Position numbers and translations under genes: made by a program. A stretch of 64,000 bases of DNA from Phyllosticta citribraziliensis. Its lineage: Eukaryota. Positions 11,218 to 23,314 of the stretch are shown here, in pieces (position 1 is the first letter of the stretch; each line of letters opens with the position of its first letter). The stretch lies in assembly GCF_038025025.1 (NCBI RefSeq), contig NW_027117339.1, positions 1,612,001 to 1,676,000 on the forward strand, given 5' to 3'. The notes below the pieces were generated by a model. It worked only from the letters and a program-made list of their open reading frames with translations. It was not told where the DNA came from and ran no database searches.

Positions 11218-11535
11218 TTTGTGTAAGCGTGTAGATGAGAGATGGATGAGTTTTGAGGACGGTATGAAGGTGGTTGTTCCGGAGGAGTTCGTTTGGATTG
11301 GCCCGAGCGCGACCGCTCGTGACTGCGCGCGTCCTTCGGCTGAAGCGTCGCGCGGCTGCCGATCACCTTTCCTCTAGCAACCCTTCCTCGACATCCACAA
11401 CACCCATTTTGTGACCGCCGTCTCCAAGGCTCGGATATATCATAGCCGCGCTCAGAGGCCAAAAGACGACAAGTACCGGCCGTCACCGATTCCATTGTTG
11501 AGGTCCACCACTATCGATAGTTTCTAAAAGCAGAC

Positions 11536-13096
11536 ATGCCGGACAGCGACACGCCGCCAGACAGCATCGCGCGAAAACCGAGGCGACAGTTCTTCAAAAA
11601 GCCCTCATGGCAGGTGAAAAAGGATGACGACGATCCGACGTCGTTGTTCGACGGCTCAAAGCAGACGTACTCTGCCATACGGGCCGAGGAGGAGCGCAAG
11701 CGAAAAGAAGAGGAGGAGCGCAGGCGAAAAGAAGAAGAGCGCAAGCGGCAACGAGAATTAGAGGAGCGCAAGAACGAGGAGCATCAGAACAAGGAGTGTG
11801 AAGAGCGCCGGCAGGACAAGCGTCGAAAGATCAGTCGCGATTCTGAGGACGCTGGCCTCGATGACTTTCGAGCTTCGGTCACAACGGAAGGCTACATGGC
11901 GTCGGTTACCAACAGTCGACAAACACACTTACCTGCATGCTGACTGGGACTAGTGGTAAAAGCGAATCACCCTCGGACGACAAGAAGCCCGCTGCGCTCT
12001 CGTCTTCACCTCCAACAAAGCGTTCGTCCACATCGCTCTCGTCCCGGTATGAAGAATTTACAAAACGGTCGGAATCTATAAAGCCGGAGGCTCTAGCCCA
12101 AGAAAGCGCGCAAGTTCGAGAAGGGAAACGTGCCAACAAGGACACGATAGTCATCGATTTGGACGATTCAGACACAGCAGAAGATGCTAGCCTGGGCGGG
12201 ACAAAAGAGGACATTCCGGCAAAGCCCGTCGATCCGGACGATGACATTGACGAGTCTGACCTCGAAATCCGAGAAATGATACGCCAATCAAGGCGCAAGA
12301 AAAGACTGGCCGAGGAGCAGAGGGCCCGGGCAACACCCCCAGCTGCAAGTGGACTCGAGCGTCAAGGGTCAGCGTCGTCTCTGGGCTTAGGCACGCCACA
12401 ATCGCCCAGTCAACCTGACCCACCAGTGCAACTCTTCATCCAACCGAGGATACCCAACACGAAACCTCTCTTAGTCACGCGTCGGCTTTCTCAACGTCTC
12501 CAGGAAGTTCGCGAAGCGTGGTGCCGAATTCAGGAGTTCGATGAGGAAATGACGCGAACAGTATTCCTTACATATCGAGGAATCCAACTCTATGATGTTA
12601 ACACGCTCAAAAGCCTGGGTCTCTCTTTGAATTCTGAAGGGCAGCTTGTGAATAAATACCTCAAGCACTCGGATCCGGAAGAGGATGCCAACAAAATCGC
12701 CTTGATAGCGACAACAAAGGAGATCCATGAGGCAGAAAAAGAAGAGAGCAGACGAATGACAGAGCGGCATCCAACACCTGAACCGGAGCCCGAGCCTGAA
12801 GAGAAGAGAATCAAGGTTGTGATCAAAACGAAGGACCAAGAGGACTGCAAATTCATTGTCAAGCTTGTAAGTGCTTCTTTGCGGCTACTAATGCGGGACA
12901 GGGCTTGCCTGGTACTAACAACGAATAGTCGACCGAATTTGGAAAAATGGCAAAGTCTGCCATGAATAGGATGAAGCTGACAACACATTTGAGCCCATAT
13001 TTGTGCTTTGATGGAGAGCGCCTCGACCCCGACGGCACCATGGCGGACCTTGACGACTTCGAGGACGAGGAAGCAATTGACATGTTTTTTGAGTGA
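11536..13096 (+). CDS. Rad60/Esc2/NIP45 (RENi)-family protein with C-terminal SUMO-like domains, 3 exons
   Basis: Introns 11901-11953 (GTCGGT..GCTGAC..TAG) and 12867-12928 (GTAAGT..CTAAC..TAG). The last exon reads ..LCFDGERLDPDGTMADLDDFEDEEAIDMFFE*, a SUMO-like signature without the di-Gly. SIM-like TIVIDLDDSD upstream. Confidence 0.8.
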
Positions 13097-13590
13097 TGAT
13101 AGCTCATTGAATTGCCGAACCGTCCTCTGTAGGCTGGCTGCCGAGTGATGCAACGGTACATTTTCACACTAGCGTCACGTATGATATTGGGCGTGGTTCA
13201 GATTCGAATTTGATTCCAAAGATATCCAAGTTGAGTGGCTTGCTAGGCGTTGGTCTCTTGTTAGCCTTTGACAGCCGCCAAAAAAATTACAGACAAACGA
13301 TAAGATACAACTGGAACATCGTCAAGAAAAGTGCAGAATGCGAATAAAGTACATGTAGTGTTCATGGTGACGGAATAGTACTAGCGCAATGCGGGGGATA
13401 AGCTTGACCAAGAGCCTCAGACTCGTTTTCGGCCAGACAAAATTTCCCAGCAAGCAACCACCTGCCCCAATAGCCCCTGCATCGACTCTCCTAGACCTAA
13501 GCCGGCCTCTAGAAGACACGAGAACTTCAACATCCTCTTCACTTCTCCCGAATTGGCCGCCAACAGCCCACCAACGCGCGACGCAAAAAA

Positions 13591-14129
13591 ATGAAGCTCC
13601 TCACGCTCAACTTCCTCACCTGCGCGCGCAAAGCGTGCAAGACGAGCGCCGCGGCATTCCCGCTGCACCCGCGCGACGCCGAGCTCGAAGTCGTCGAGAC
13701 GGAGCTCAACCTGCCCTTCATCAGCAACATTCTGCCACGGCTGGACTGGGAGGCTATGCGCACGCTGGCAGCAGAGGTACGTCCGCCGGCGGTTGCTCTC
13801 ACGCAGCAAACGTCTTTTCTTCCTCTCGTCTTCCCCCATCAACACTCGCGACCCATTTCGACAGGCCAAAATCGCTGACTAGTCCCGTCATCACACAGCT
13901 CGGCCTCCCCACGCTCCCAGAGACGGCGCCCGAGCCCGCCGCGCTCTTCTCCTCGCCCACCGCAGACGAAGCCGACGCGCAAGAACCGAACCAGCTGGCG
14001 CGCGACCTGCACGGGCTGCTCGTCGAGACGACGATCCAGCAGGGCAGCCTCGTGTGCGCCAACTGCGAGCACCAGTACGCCGTCAAAGAGGGCATCGCGA
14101 ATTTCTTGCTGCCGAGCCACTTGGTGTAG
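13591..14129 (+). CDS. TRM112: Methyltransferase adaptor subunit Trm112, 2 exons
   Basis: MKLLTLNFLTCARKACK..NILPRLDW..|LGLPTLP..GSLVCANCEHQYAVKEGIANFLLPSHLV*. Intron 13777-13898 (GTACGT..GCTGAC..CAG). Confidence 0.95.
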
Positions 14130-15170
14130 ATTTTGCTGGGGATCATGATTTGAACAATGGCGCTACGATCTATCCATCCACCTACCTCGATGTGCGAACG
14201 GGACAGGGATGAGCTGTGTGGGCGGGGAAAGTATGAGAAAGAGGACCGGTTACAAAAGAGAGGGCCGGGATAGGGCAGCGCAAGGCAAGGCAAGACAAAG
14301 CGGCACGAGAAGCTTTCTGAATAGGCTGGAAGCCTGGGCAATCGTGTCAGGCTTGCCTCACGAATTGCGGCGGACACAACCAGACTTGCGTTGAAGCGGG
14401 AGCAGCAGCAGCTTGTAGCGCGAACAACGGTACAAGCAGCTGACAGACCAACCGCCGCCGCCGCCGCAGCAGCAGCAGCAGCAGCAGCATCGATTCCGTC
14501 AGCCATCACAGGCAAACCCACCAGGACGAGACGCAGGAGAAAGGCATGTGCACGAGGAGCTGAGGGTCGGACGCATCCATGGCGTAGCTCAAGGCGCAGG
14601 AAAGCATGGGGAATAGGCGTTTTTGATCTTTGTATTTCCCTCTGACTTTTCTTCGGCTCGCGGAGGAGCCAAAACATATACCCAATCACGCCTCAAAAGT
14701 CAGCTCTTGGATTCATATTGATTGTGTGCCACGGCCTGTGACTGCAGAACATCCATCGTTCAAGCCTACAGTCTTTGGAGAGGAGGGGATGAGGTGCTTT
14801 CAACCACCAGAGCACTCGACCAGATTGCGACCACAGCCAAAGAATTTGAATAATGCAAGTTGGCAGCGATCAAAACCCAACACAAGAAGGAAGCACTGCA
14901 GCATGATCATTCAAGGACCGTGGACGAGTGAGCAGAGGGAACATTCCATATCCCAAGAAAGAGAAGGGGATATCAGGAGCATTCAGCTGTGTCAACTCCA
15001 ACAAGAAATGACACAGGAGCGCGGGTATCCATTCATCCTCGCCCTATCTACAGATATATCGAGGCCAGAAGCCGACGATGCCCAAGCCCGACTGCTTTTC
15101 CCTTTCCGTCCCCAAAACACCCAAACGCCTAGCAATGTATCCACCTACATACCCACTCACTGCATTCTAC

Positions 15171-16693
15171 TCATTCGCTCACGACGCCCTCGCCCTTGTT
15201 GACCTGCACCCTCTTGTCCTCGCTCGCGCTGACGACGCCGACGTCCCTGTCCCACACGACGCCAAACACCTTGACGCCCTCGCCGCCGGGTCTGCGCTCG
15301 CTGTCGGCATCGCCGCTGCTCTCGCGCGTGATGCGGTACACGGCCTCGCCGACCTGGCCGCCGCCAACCTCGGCCGCGCCCGCCCGCACGTTGCGGATGT
15401 CCCAGATGCGACACGTGCCGTCGTGCGAGCCGGAAACGAGGCCGTAGTCTGACGTCGGACAGGCGGACAGCGTGGACACGAGGTTGCTGTGGCCGCGAAG
15501 CGTCAGCGCGGATACGGTTCGCGCGTCGGCGCGCGGGTCGATCAGCGTGATGTGCCTGGCCGAGGTGCCCGTCGCGAGCAGGTTCAGCTTGGGGAGACCC
15601 GTGAGCGAGAAGAGCGGCTGGGCGGTTGTCCGCGTGTCCACTGCCTTGCCGGTGGGGAGATCCCATGTCTTGAGTGTGTGGTCCCACGATACGGAGTATG
15701 CTACTGTCGGGTCGTTGGGAGCAAAGATGACGGCCGAAACGGGCGCGGTGTGGCCGCCGAGCAGCTTCAAAGGACCGCGCTGAGGAGCAGATTTGGTGGG
15801 GATCTTTTCGCCCTTGGCAGCAGTCTTGCGGCGCTTTGCGGCATGGGAGGAAGCGGAGGGGAGAAGGTTTTCGGGAGCAGCAGGCGCGGAGTCGGCAACA
15901 GTGCCCCAGACACCAACAGTGTTGTCAGCCGAGGCAGAGAGGATGCGAGCAGAGGGCGCGTGGACGGCAATGTCGTCGACGGAGGCCTTGTGGCCGTAAA
16001 GCTCGAGCGAGGGCGTTATGGTCGAGGTAGCGGAGAGGTCTTCCGGGTCGGCCTCGTTATAAGTCCAGACGCGAACAGTACGATCCGAGGCGGCAGAGAC
16101 AAGTTTGGTGGGAGAGAGGAACTTGGCAGAAGTCACATAGTTGGTGTGTCCACCAGCCGTGGCCCCGGGAGAGGTTGCTATCACTTCGGAGGTCGAGGTA
16201 TTCCACACTCTTAGCAATCCGTCGTAGCATCCGGACAGTATGCGCTCGCTTCCTTGCGCAACCTCTGAACCCCACGTCGCCGCGGGCGAAGTGGCCGACA
16301 GGACGTCGACTGAGCTGACCCAGTCATCGTGCTCATAGGATGCGACATGGAGCGGCGGTATCAGGGCGCGGACGTATTCGACGGTAAGGGTGTTTTCGGC
16401 GGAGATGCCATTCTCGGTGAGGAACTCGTCTATGGAAGAGCGCAGGAACTGGCCGTTGACGAGGAATTCGAACGGGACAGGCTTTTCGTGCTCGAGGAGG
16501 TTGTTGACCAGCGTCGACAGGGCATAGCGGCGAAGTGCTTGGGAGATCAATCAGCATCAGTGGTTTGGCTAGAGGGAGCAGAAGTAAACCTACAGGTTGA
16601 GACGAGTATAGCGCCGGAGGCTTCCTCGGGCAAGGCGATTTCCGACTGCCTTGTTGTGAATTGTATCCGCACTTGAGAGGTTGGTTCCGCCAT
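15171..16693 (-). CDS. YTM1: Ribosome biogenesis protein Ytm1/WDR12 (N-terminal UBL/NLE domain + WD40), 2 exons
   Basis: QVRIQFTTR..LRRYALSTLVNNLL..PVPFEFLVNGQFLRSSI..HDDWVSSV, followed by WD repeats. Intron 16593-16538 (GTAGGT..GCTGAT..AAG). Confidence 0.93.
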
Positions 16694-16747
16694 TGTTGTG
16701 TGTCGCCGGGAACGTGTGATGTAAGTGCGCAAGCAGCAGTCGCAAAT

Positions 16748-16973
16748 CCAAAATTTTGGACGCAGCTGCCCGAATCAGTACTAGCGTCGGTGTTTGTCCG
16801 CCTAAACACCGATCCAACACCCAACACCGGCAAGTGGTTGGCATGATCGGAGAAGAGGGAAAGAAAGATGACAGATTCGTAAGTCCAACTGAAAATGGAA
16901 TCCTGAGGTGAAAGTTTAAAGGCGACAATTTGTGGCAATAGGACGAAGGAAACCCGTCACTGGAACTCATCGC
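16748..16973 (-). promoter_or_regulatory. PAC (GCGATGAG) and RRPE-like (AAAATTTT) motifs upstream of YTM1
   Basis: CTCATCGC at 16966-16973 and CCAAAATTTTGG at 16748-16759, upstream of a ribosome biogenesis gene. Confidence 0.45.
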
Positions 16974-18945
16974 CTCGCATCTCCAACAACTTCGACTCCC
17001 ATGGTGTTGAGTAGCAGCCAAGCGTCACGGTTGCACATGTCTCTCACCCACTCCCGAGTCTCATGTCTCACAGGGCTTTCTTTGATAAGAGCGATGTCAG
17101 AGGCGTTCTGATTGGAGTCATGACAGCCTGATCTGGATGCCTCCAACCCACATGCGGGATCTCGCAGTGCTGGGACGGCTTTGGGAGCGGACTGCGACAC
17201 CCGTTGCTCTTCTGGACCATGAATGCGATACAAAAAAGCGCATGGCGTTGTAGGCAGTCTGTCAAGAAGTGGCGGCGCTGTCAGCTTCAGCAGCACGGGA
17301 GATCCAACCATAGACCTGGCAAGGAAGCAGGTGGGAGAACACCGCCATGTGCAGAGTCCATGGGTCAACACACGGATGGAAGGACCTGCGCTTCAACACC
17401 ATTTCCTCAACCCAATCACACGGCTAATTTTCCCTCTCATCCCCAACCGAAAGCACTGCCAGAAGCCTACACCCCCGTCTTATCTCTCGCCTTTTCTCCC
17501 CGCATCTGTAGGTAACGAGGTCATCCGGCCCTCCACTTCACGAGCCAGAGGCACGCAGTCAACCAGTCAATCTCGCGCATCCATTCCAGCAGGCCCATCT
17601 CTCGAACTTACAGATCCACTCGCTCGCCAACAGAAACCAATGACCCAACGCCAACTGCTAACCCCGACGAAGCACATGCAAATCTACAACGCCACGCCAT
17701 GTGCGCCACGCCAGTCGTCGTATGTAACAACCCAAGCACTCCGTACATATGCACTATGGCGCCATCGAGTTCATCTGTCACTTCCCCGCATCTCATCCCG
17801 AGCGAGCCAGCCAGCGTGGATGGCAGTTTGCGGATTGGGTTGTGTGCGCAAGTTGGGCGGCTGCTGGTTACATGTGCATTGTTGGACGGGCGACCAACCG
17901 CTCAACAAGTCTTCTCGTTGCGTGTGTTCATTGATTTGGGAAGTGAGAAAATGCTCGCCCAAGTGCGTTGAGGCCGCGTTGGTCGCGTGCCCATTGTAGA
18001 TGGGCAGGCAGCAGTCGCAGCAGAATTTCTTTTCACATCGGTTTGCATCCCGTCGCGGTCCAAGTTCACCTAACTGTTGCTCCCACACGCGGCGCAGACC
18101 TGAGAAGCGCGGAGCAGGCGCCGGGCCACACGAGACCTGACCTAGACCCAGACTCAATAAAGGGGACTGACGACAGTGTGTCATTTGTGACCGGACAGGA
18201 ACAGGAACTCTATGACTGGGAAAAAGAATGGAAGGTAAAAGGGGGAGCGGGGGTCGGCGGTTTCGGTGGTAGCAACAGTAAGATGACAAGGCCGGGGGTG
18301 GTGTAGGGGTGTGTACGCAGCTGTTTGCTCGTACTGGCCTGAGCGTCGCCGCCTTCTTGTACCCGGGCCCCCAAGTAATATGAGAGATGCGGCGATACTT
18401 TGGAAGCAAGCGCCGTCACGGACCAGGCAGTGCGTAATGCGTCGCCTTGGGTAGGGGACATGTCGATTTTATTGGAGTTTCCAGCACCATCGCGAGGAAC
18501 TTGTGGTGCCAGAGGCGACCCAAGACGTTTCGAGGCGCAGAGAAGATGTTGCAAGCAAGTAGTATCGCTAGTGTAGTCAGAGGAGAACGCTGCTCTCAAC
18601 GAGCCATAAAGCAGTACTGGGCACGCACGGGGGATTTGTCAAAAAGAGGAAAAGACTCGAGGAAAAGAAAACAAGACAGGGCAAATCAAAAGGTAGGACA
18701 CCGATATGAGAGATCCGAGATGCCCGAACCAACACACACTCAGACAATCAAGCTTCTCTTTCACTTTCCGGTATGATTCGAGCCTCAGACAACTAATACG
18801 CCACCCTTTGCTGCCCCCGATCCCATTGCTCCAGATCCTTCAAGAAAGACGTGGTCTTCGCATGATTTACCGTGGAGGCTTTGGCCGCGGCAGATCCGAC
18901 ATGATGCCTCATAACTTTCGCTGATACCAACCCCATTCCCCCCGC

Positions 18946-20353
18946 TTAGGAGGCAGGCGCAGCTGACTCTCCCTCGGTGGCCTCGGTGGTGGCCGGAGCC
19001 TCCTTGGTCTCGGTCGGCTTGTCCTCGCCCTTGGCCGCCTCGCTGGCGGGCTCGGGCTCGTTGCCGTCCGACGACGTCCAGAGGGTGAGGTTGTCGCGGA
19101 GAAGCTGCATGATGAGGGTGCTGTCGCGGTACGACTCTTCGGAAAGGGAGTCGAGCTCGGCGATGGCGTCGTCAAAGGCCTGCTTGGCGAGGTGGCAGGC
19201 GCGGTCGGGCGAGTTGAGGATCTCGTAGTAGAAGACGGAGAAGTTGAGGGCAAGACCGAGGCGGATGGGGTGCGTAGGAGTGAGCTCAGTCTGGGCGACG
19301 TCGGTGGCCGTCTAGAACAATGTGATCAATAACAATTTTCTGGCGGCACAGAACGCTGAAGCGCCACAAACCTTGTAAGCCTCATGCGCAGCGGTCGCGG
19401 CAACCTTGCGCTTCTCGCCCGACGCGAACTCGGCAAGGTAGCGGTGGTAGTCACCCTTCCTGTGTTTGGAGTCAGAATCGATCAATGTTTCCGATTGAAA
19501 AACACGGCGGGTCTTTGGAATGGTGCGGCCTGAAGAGGTGGCTGACGGCAGGTGGTGACGTACATCTTGTGGTAAAAGACCTTGGACTCGCCGGACTCGG
19601 CCTTGGGGATGAGGGCGTCATCCAACACATCGAGAACGTCCTGGCAGACCTTCTCGAGCTCCGTCTCGATCTTTTGACGGTACTCGCGGATGGTGCCAAC
19701 GTGCTTGTCGGAGCCCTTGGACTCCTCCTTTTGCTCGATCGAGGAGATTATGCGCCACGAAGCACGGCGGGTGCCAACGACGTTCTTGTAGGCGACCGAA
19801 AGCAAGTTGCGCTCATCCACCGAGAGCTCACCGCTCATCTAGAGACGTTGGCGTGTTAGAGGATGGATTATTTGCAGTTCGCAGTCGCGCAGCGACGACG
19901 GCGGCGGGATGGCAGTGGTGGGCGAGCAGAGTCGTACCTTGGCAACTTCCTGTAAATGGCGTCAGACTCTCAGTTCGATGACATCAAAAGCGATTTTCTC
20001 GACTGACCTTCATGTATCCAACCATCTCTGTAGAGCAGCATTGTTAGAAGTCGCGAACAAGACTGGGGCAAGGGCGTCAACGACGTACCATCGTAACGCT
20101 CAGCCTGCTCGCACAGGCGGGCGAGGAAGGTTTTGCTGCACGGCAGGTTAGAGAAGCGGGCGGACGGACAAGGCGTCGTGTGGGCGCATACCTTTCACGC
20201 TAAATCGAGGGACGTCATGTCAGTAACGGGCGTTGTGCAGGCGTGACAGCGGGCGACGGGTGTCAGAGGGGCTTTGGGCGGACAGAGGATGGGGATTAGG
20301 GGGGGGGGTGGAGCGTGGTCGCCGGGCGACGGTGGACGTACCTCAGTAGCCAT
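18946..20353 (-). CDS. 14-3-3 protein ([28 protein letters not shown] paralog), 8 exons
   Basis: Exons 20353-20342, 20199-20192, 20135-20089, 20027-20008, 19949-19938, 19838-19564, 19459-19372, 19311-18946. Motifs [53 protein letters not shown]. Confidence 0.97.
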
Positions 20354-21673
20354 TTGGAAAGAGTTGTTGGAGTGGAAAAGAACGGGTTGTGGAGGAGGAC
20401 TAGGGTTGGGACAGGAGTGGGAGAGAGATGTTTTGCGATATTGGGTGGGTGTTGAGAAGACGGGTGATGGTTTGGATTTCGCTGTGTCGCCAAGGAAGCG
20501 GCGATGCCCCGCGCAAGACGCCCACGCCCACGCCCACTGCCTGCCTGCGCCTGCGCCTGCGCCTACGCCTGCCTCTGCCTCTACCGTGTGCCTGTGGCCT
20601 TCCAGCTAGCCCACCAGCCCACCGACCAGCGCCCACCCACTCACCCGCCCGCCCGCCCACTTCAGTCGCCAACATGACCGACCCTAACGCCAGCTCAGGT
20701 CGTCCGTCTCTCACCCTCCGATCCTGTCGGCCAATAACCTCGCCTCGCTGCAGACCTGCAAACCCGCCCGGAGTGACCACTCGCCCGGTCCCGCCGCGTC
20801 GAGATGCGCTGTCGGGCTGGCTGGCTGGCCAACACCACCGTGACTGTGACCCATCACTCTGCCTACATCATGTACATTACCTGCCCTCCCGACTGACCCA
20901 CGACTCGCTCCATTCATCGCCTCTCTTTCACGCCTTATCTGACCCGTCGCCCTATTTGCCCGGCCACCACACACCTCGCGTTGCCGACCTGCCACGTCCT
21001 TGGTCGTTGCGCCTCGCTGCGTCGCGGTGGGGAGGTTGCGCGCTGACGTACCGGCCATAACCCTGAAGCCCCCCCTTCCCAAATATAGCCCCAAACCACT
21101 CTCGCCCACACAGCTCACGCAAAAAAAGTTGGCACGAAACACGTCTACCATAAGGTTGTCTTGCCAAAAGTGTGAGCCTGTCTTTCCTCTGTACTTCCCA
21201 ACCTATCTCATGTATCTACCTGCTGTCGTGATACCGTGTCGTGCCCATCTTGACAATTGTGCATTTCCCCCCTCCCCTAATCCTCGGACCACACTGCTGC
21301 CAAAGTTTGGGTGCGCGGGAGATCTTCAGTACATGAAGGGTTTCCAGAACAATGCCTGTTCCGGTCCACTGTACTGTGGCCATTGCGCTACTCCTCGCAA
21401 CACTGTCCCTCTGCTGCTCACGAGCAAGCATAGGAGCGAGACTTTGATGCCTTGCGGCGGCGGCAGCAGCGACTGCCTGCATCAGACGCATGGGTCGGTA
21501 GCCAAGGCAGCTAATACGACTTCCCCGTCTGCGCGCCCCCCTCCCCTTAGCAGCATCCGGCCGCACTGTGACAGGCCTTCCCCATGCCCTTTCCACGTTG
21601 CGTACCAGCCACCTGCAGACGCCGGGCGCCTATTTTGAGAACCAAACCTCAGTCTCAGACTCGCCAGCCTCGT

Positions 21674-22627
21674 CTACATGAGCAGCCTCCAGGCACCGAG
21701 AATCAGCGCTGCCGTACCCGTGCAGACACCCCTATCCGAGACACGTTAGCAACCAAACGACGACTTTGCTCGTCCGCAATGTCACTCACATCAACCACTG
21801 CAGCGTCGTGAACTTGACCGCTTCCAGCCTCTCCCGCAGCACCGCCGTCTCTTGCTCGATTCTTGTCTCCGTCTCCTTGAGCTTCAAGTCCTGCACATTG
21901 GCCTCTTCCCTGATGCGCCCCTTCTCCAAGTTCAAGTCTAGCCGCACGCTGGCCTGCGTCCGCTGAATCTCGTCCCTGAGCCGGCTGTTGAGCTTGGCAA
22001 TCTCGTTTGTGAGCCGCTCGTGCGATGCCCGCGTCAGCGACGTCTCGGTCGAATCCGCCGTGAGAAGCTCAGAGCGCAGCTTGGCGAAGTCGACCTTTTG
22101 CGTGTACGTTGCTCGCTCTTGGTCTTCGCGGAGCACCATTGTGCGCGTCAAGTTTTGGATGCTGGGGGAAGAAACAATCGACGTCAGCCAATGTGCCCAT
22201 TTGATGTCCCGAAGCGCCAAGTACCATGGACAGCCGTGACTTACCTCTCCTCAATGACGTCGCTCAACACCTTCATCATAGCCACGGCCTGGTCTTCCGT
22301 GAACCCCTCATCCTTGAGCCTCTGCACAAACTTGAGCGTGTCAAAATGGTGATCCCGAGGCCGGCTCGGCGTCGCCGAGAACGCTCTCCGACATTCCAGT
22401 TGTGCAATTCGCGAGCTCTGAGCCGGCCGCCGTCGTTGCTGCTCTTGATTCCGGGCTACGCTAGCGGCCGTGGTTGCGACGGGGCGGCCGAAGGATTGCG
22501 AGAGCAGTGCCGGCGCGCGGAAGGACACTGCCGCCGGTGCTACCGCCGCCGTTGCGTTTCGCGAAAGTGCTGGGAAGAGGCTCCTCGAGATCCTCAGATT
22601 CGTCAAAGGGAGTGCCGAGCTCGCCAT
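21674..22627 (-). CDS. FMP32: Mitochondrial DUF1640/CCDC90/MCUR1-family coiled-coil protein (Fmp32-like), 3 exons
   Basis: Arg/Ser/Ala-rich presequence, HHFDTLKFVQRLKDEGF head motif, coiled coil RLDLNLEKGRIREE, C-terminal TM LQWLM|GVCTGTAALILGAWRLLM*. Introns 22244-22162 and 21789-21732. Confidence 0.85.
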
Positions 22628-23314
22628 GGCGGCAATCGATGTTTGCGCGGAGCACGGCGGTGTGTGGTGGGGGTCGAAGGGTCGGAGCAGTTCAATCCGA
22701 ACGATGAAGAGAGATTGTGTCGGTGGATTTGGTTGGTACGAATGGTTTGGTTTCGCGACTATCCAATTTGGCGGCGGCAAGGGCGTCAAAAGCGCGTGGG
22801 AGTCGTCGATGGCACCGTGGGCAGTTCGTGACTTTTGAGAGACCGCCGAGCTCGCAGCTGGCCGCCGCCCTGATGGCCATCCCACCGTGGTAAGCGTCAT
22901 TCTCCAAGGCACGTGCGTCACTGCGCGAACACGTCATTGGCTGGGGGTTCTTCAGGGGCTCAATTGTTCTCGTTCATGTATGTTCTCTCTGCTTTTGGCC
23001 AGGCTGAAGAAGCAAGGCATTGTCTGAAGTGATTTCTGTATCGCTTGAGGGTGTCTAGTCCGTCAACCTCGGTTGTGTCCACCAAAAAGACTCCAATCAT
23101 CCATCCAATGAATGCCTCGCTAAGTCGGATCAACGCTCAATCATCAGTGAAGTCCATCGAGGACGAAAGTGAAAAAAGCCAAAGAAGGAAATTGTGAAAA
23201 GAAATCGGTATCGTCCACTCGCCCGCCCCTTCGTCATCATCGCAGCAATGGTCGTGATGGTCATTATGCTGGCCTGGATATGTATATCTTGCGACTGCCA
23301 AACACGGTCTAAAT

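Noticed and set aside
17223..18409. 258-aa and 212-aa intergenic ORFs
   Set aside because: Non-ATG starts, unbiased composition and no domain.
20515..20582. (GCCCAC)n and (GCCTGC)n arrays upstream of the 14-3-3 gene
   Set aside because: Ordinary microsatellites of a type common throughout this window.
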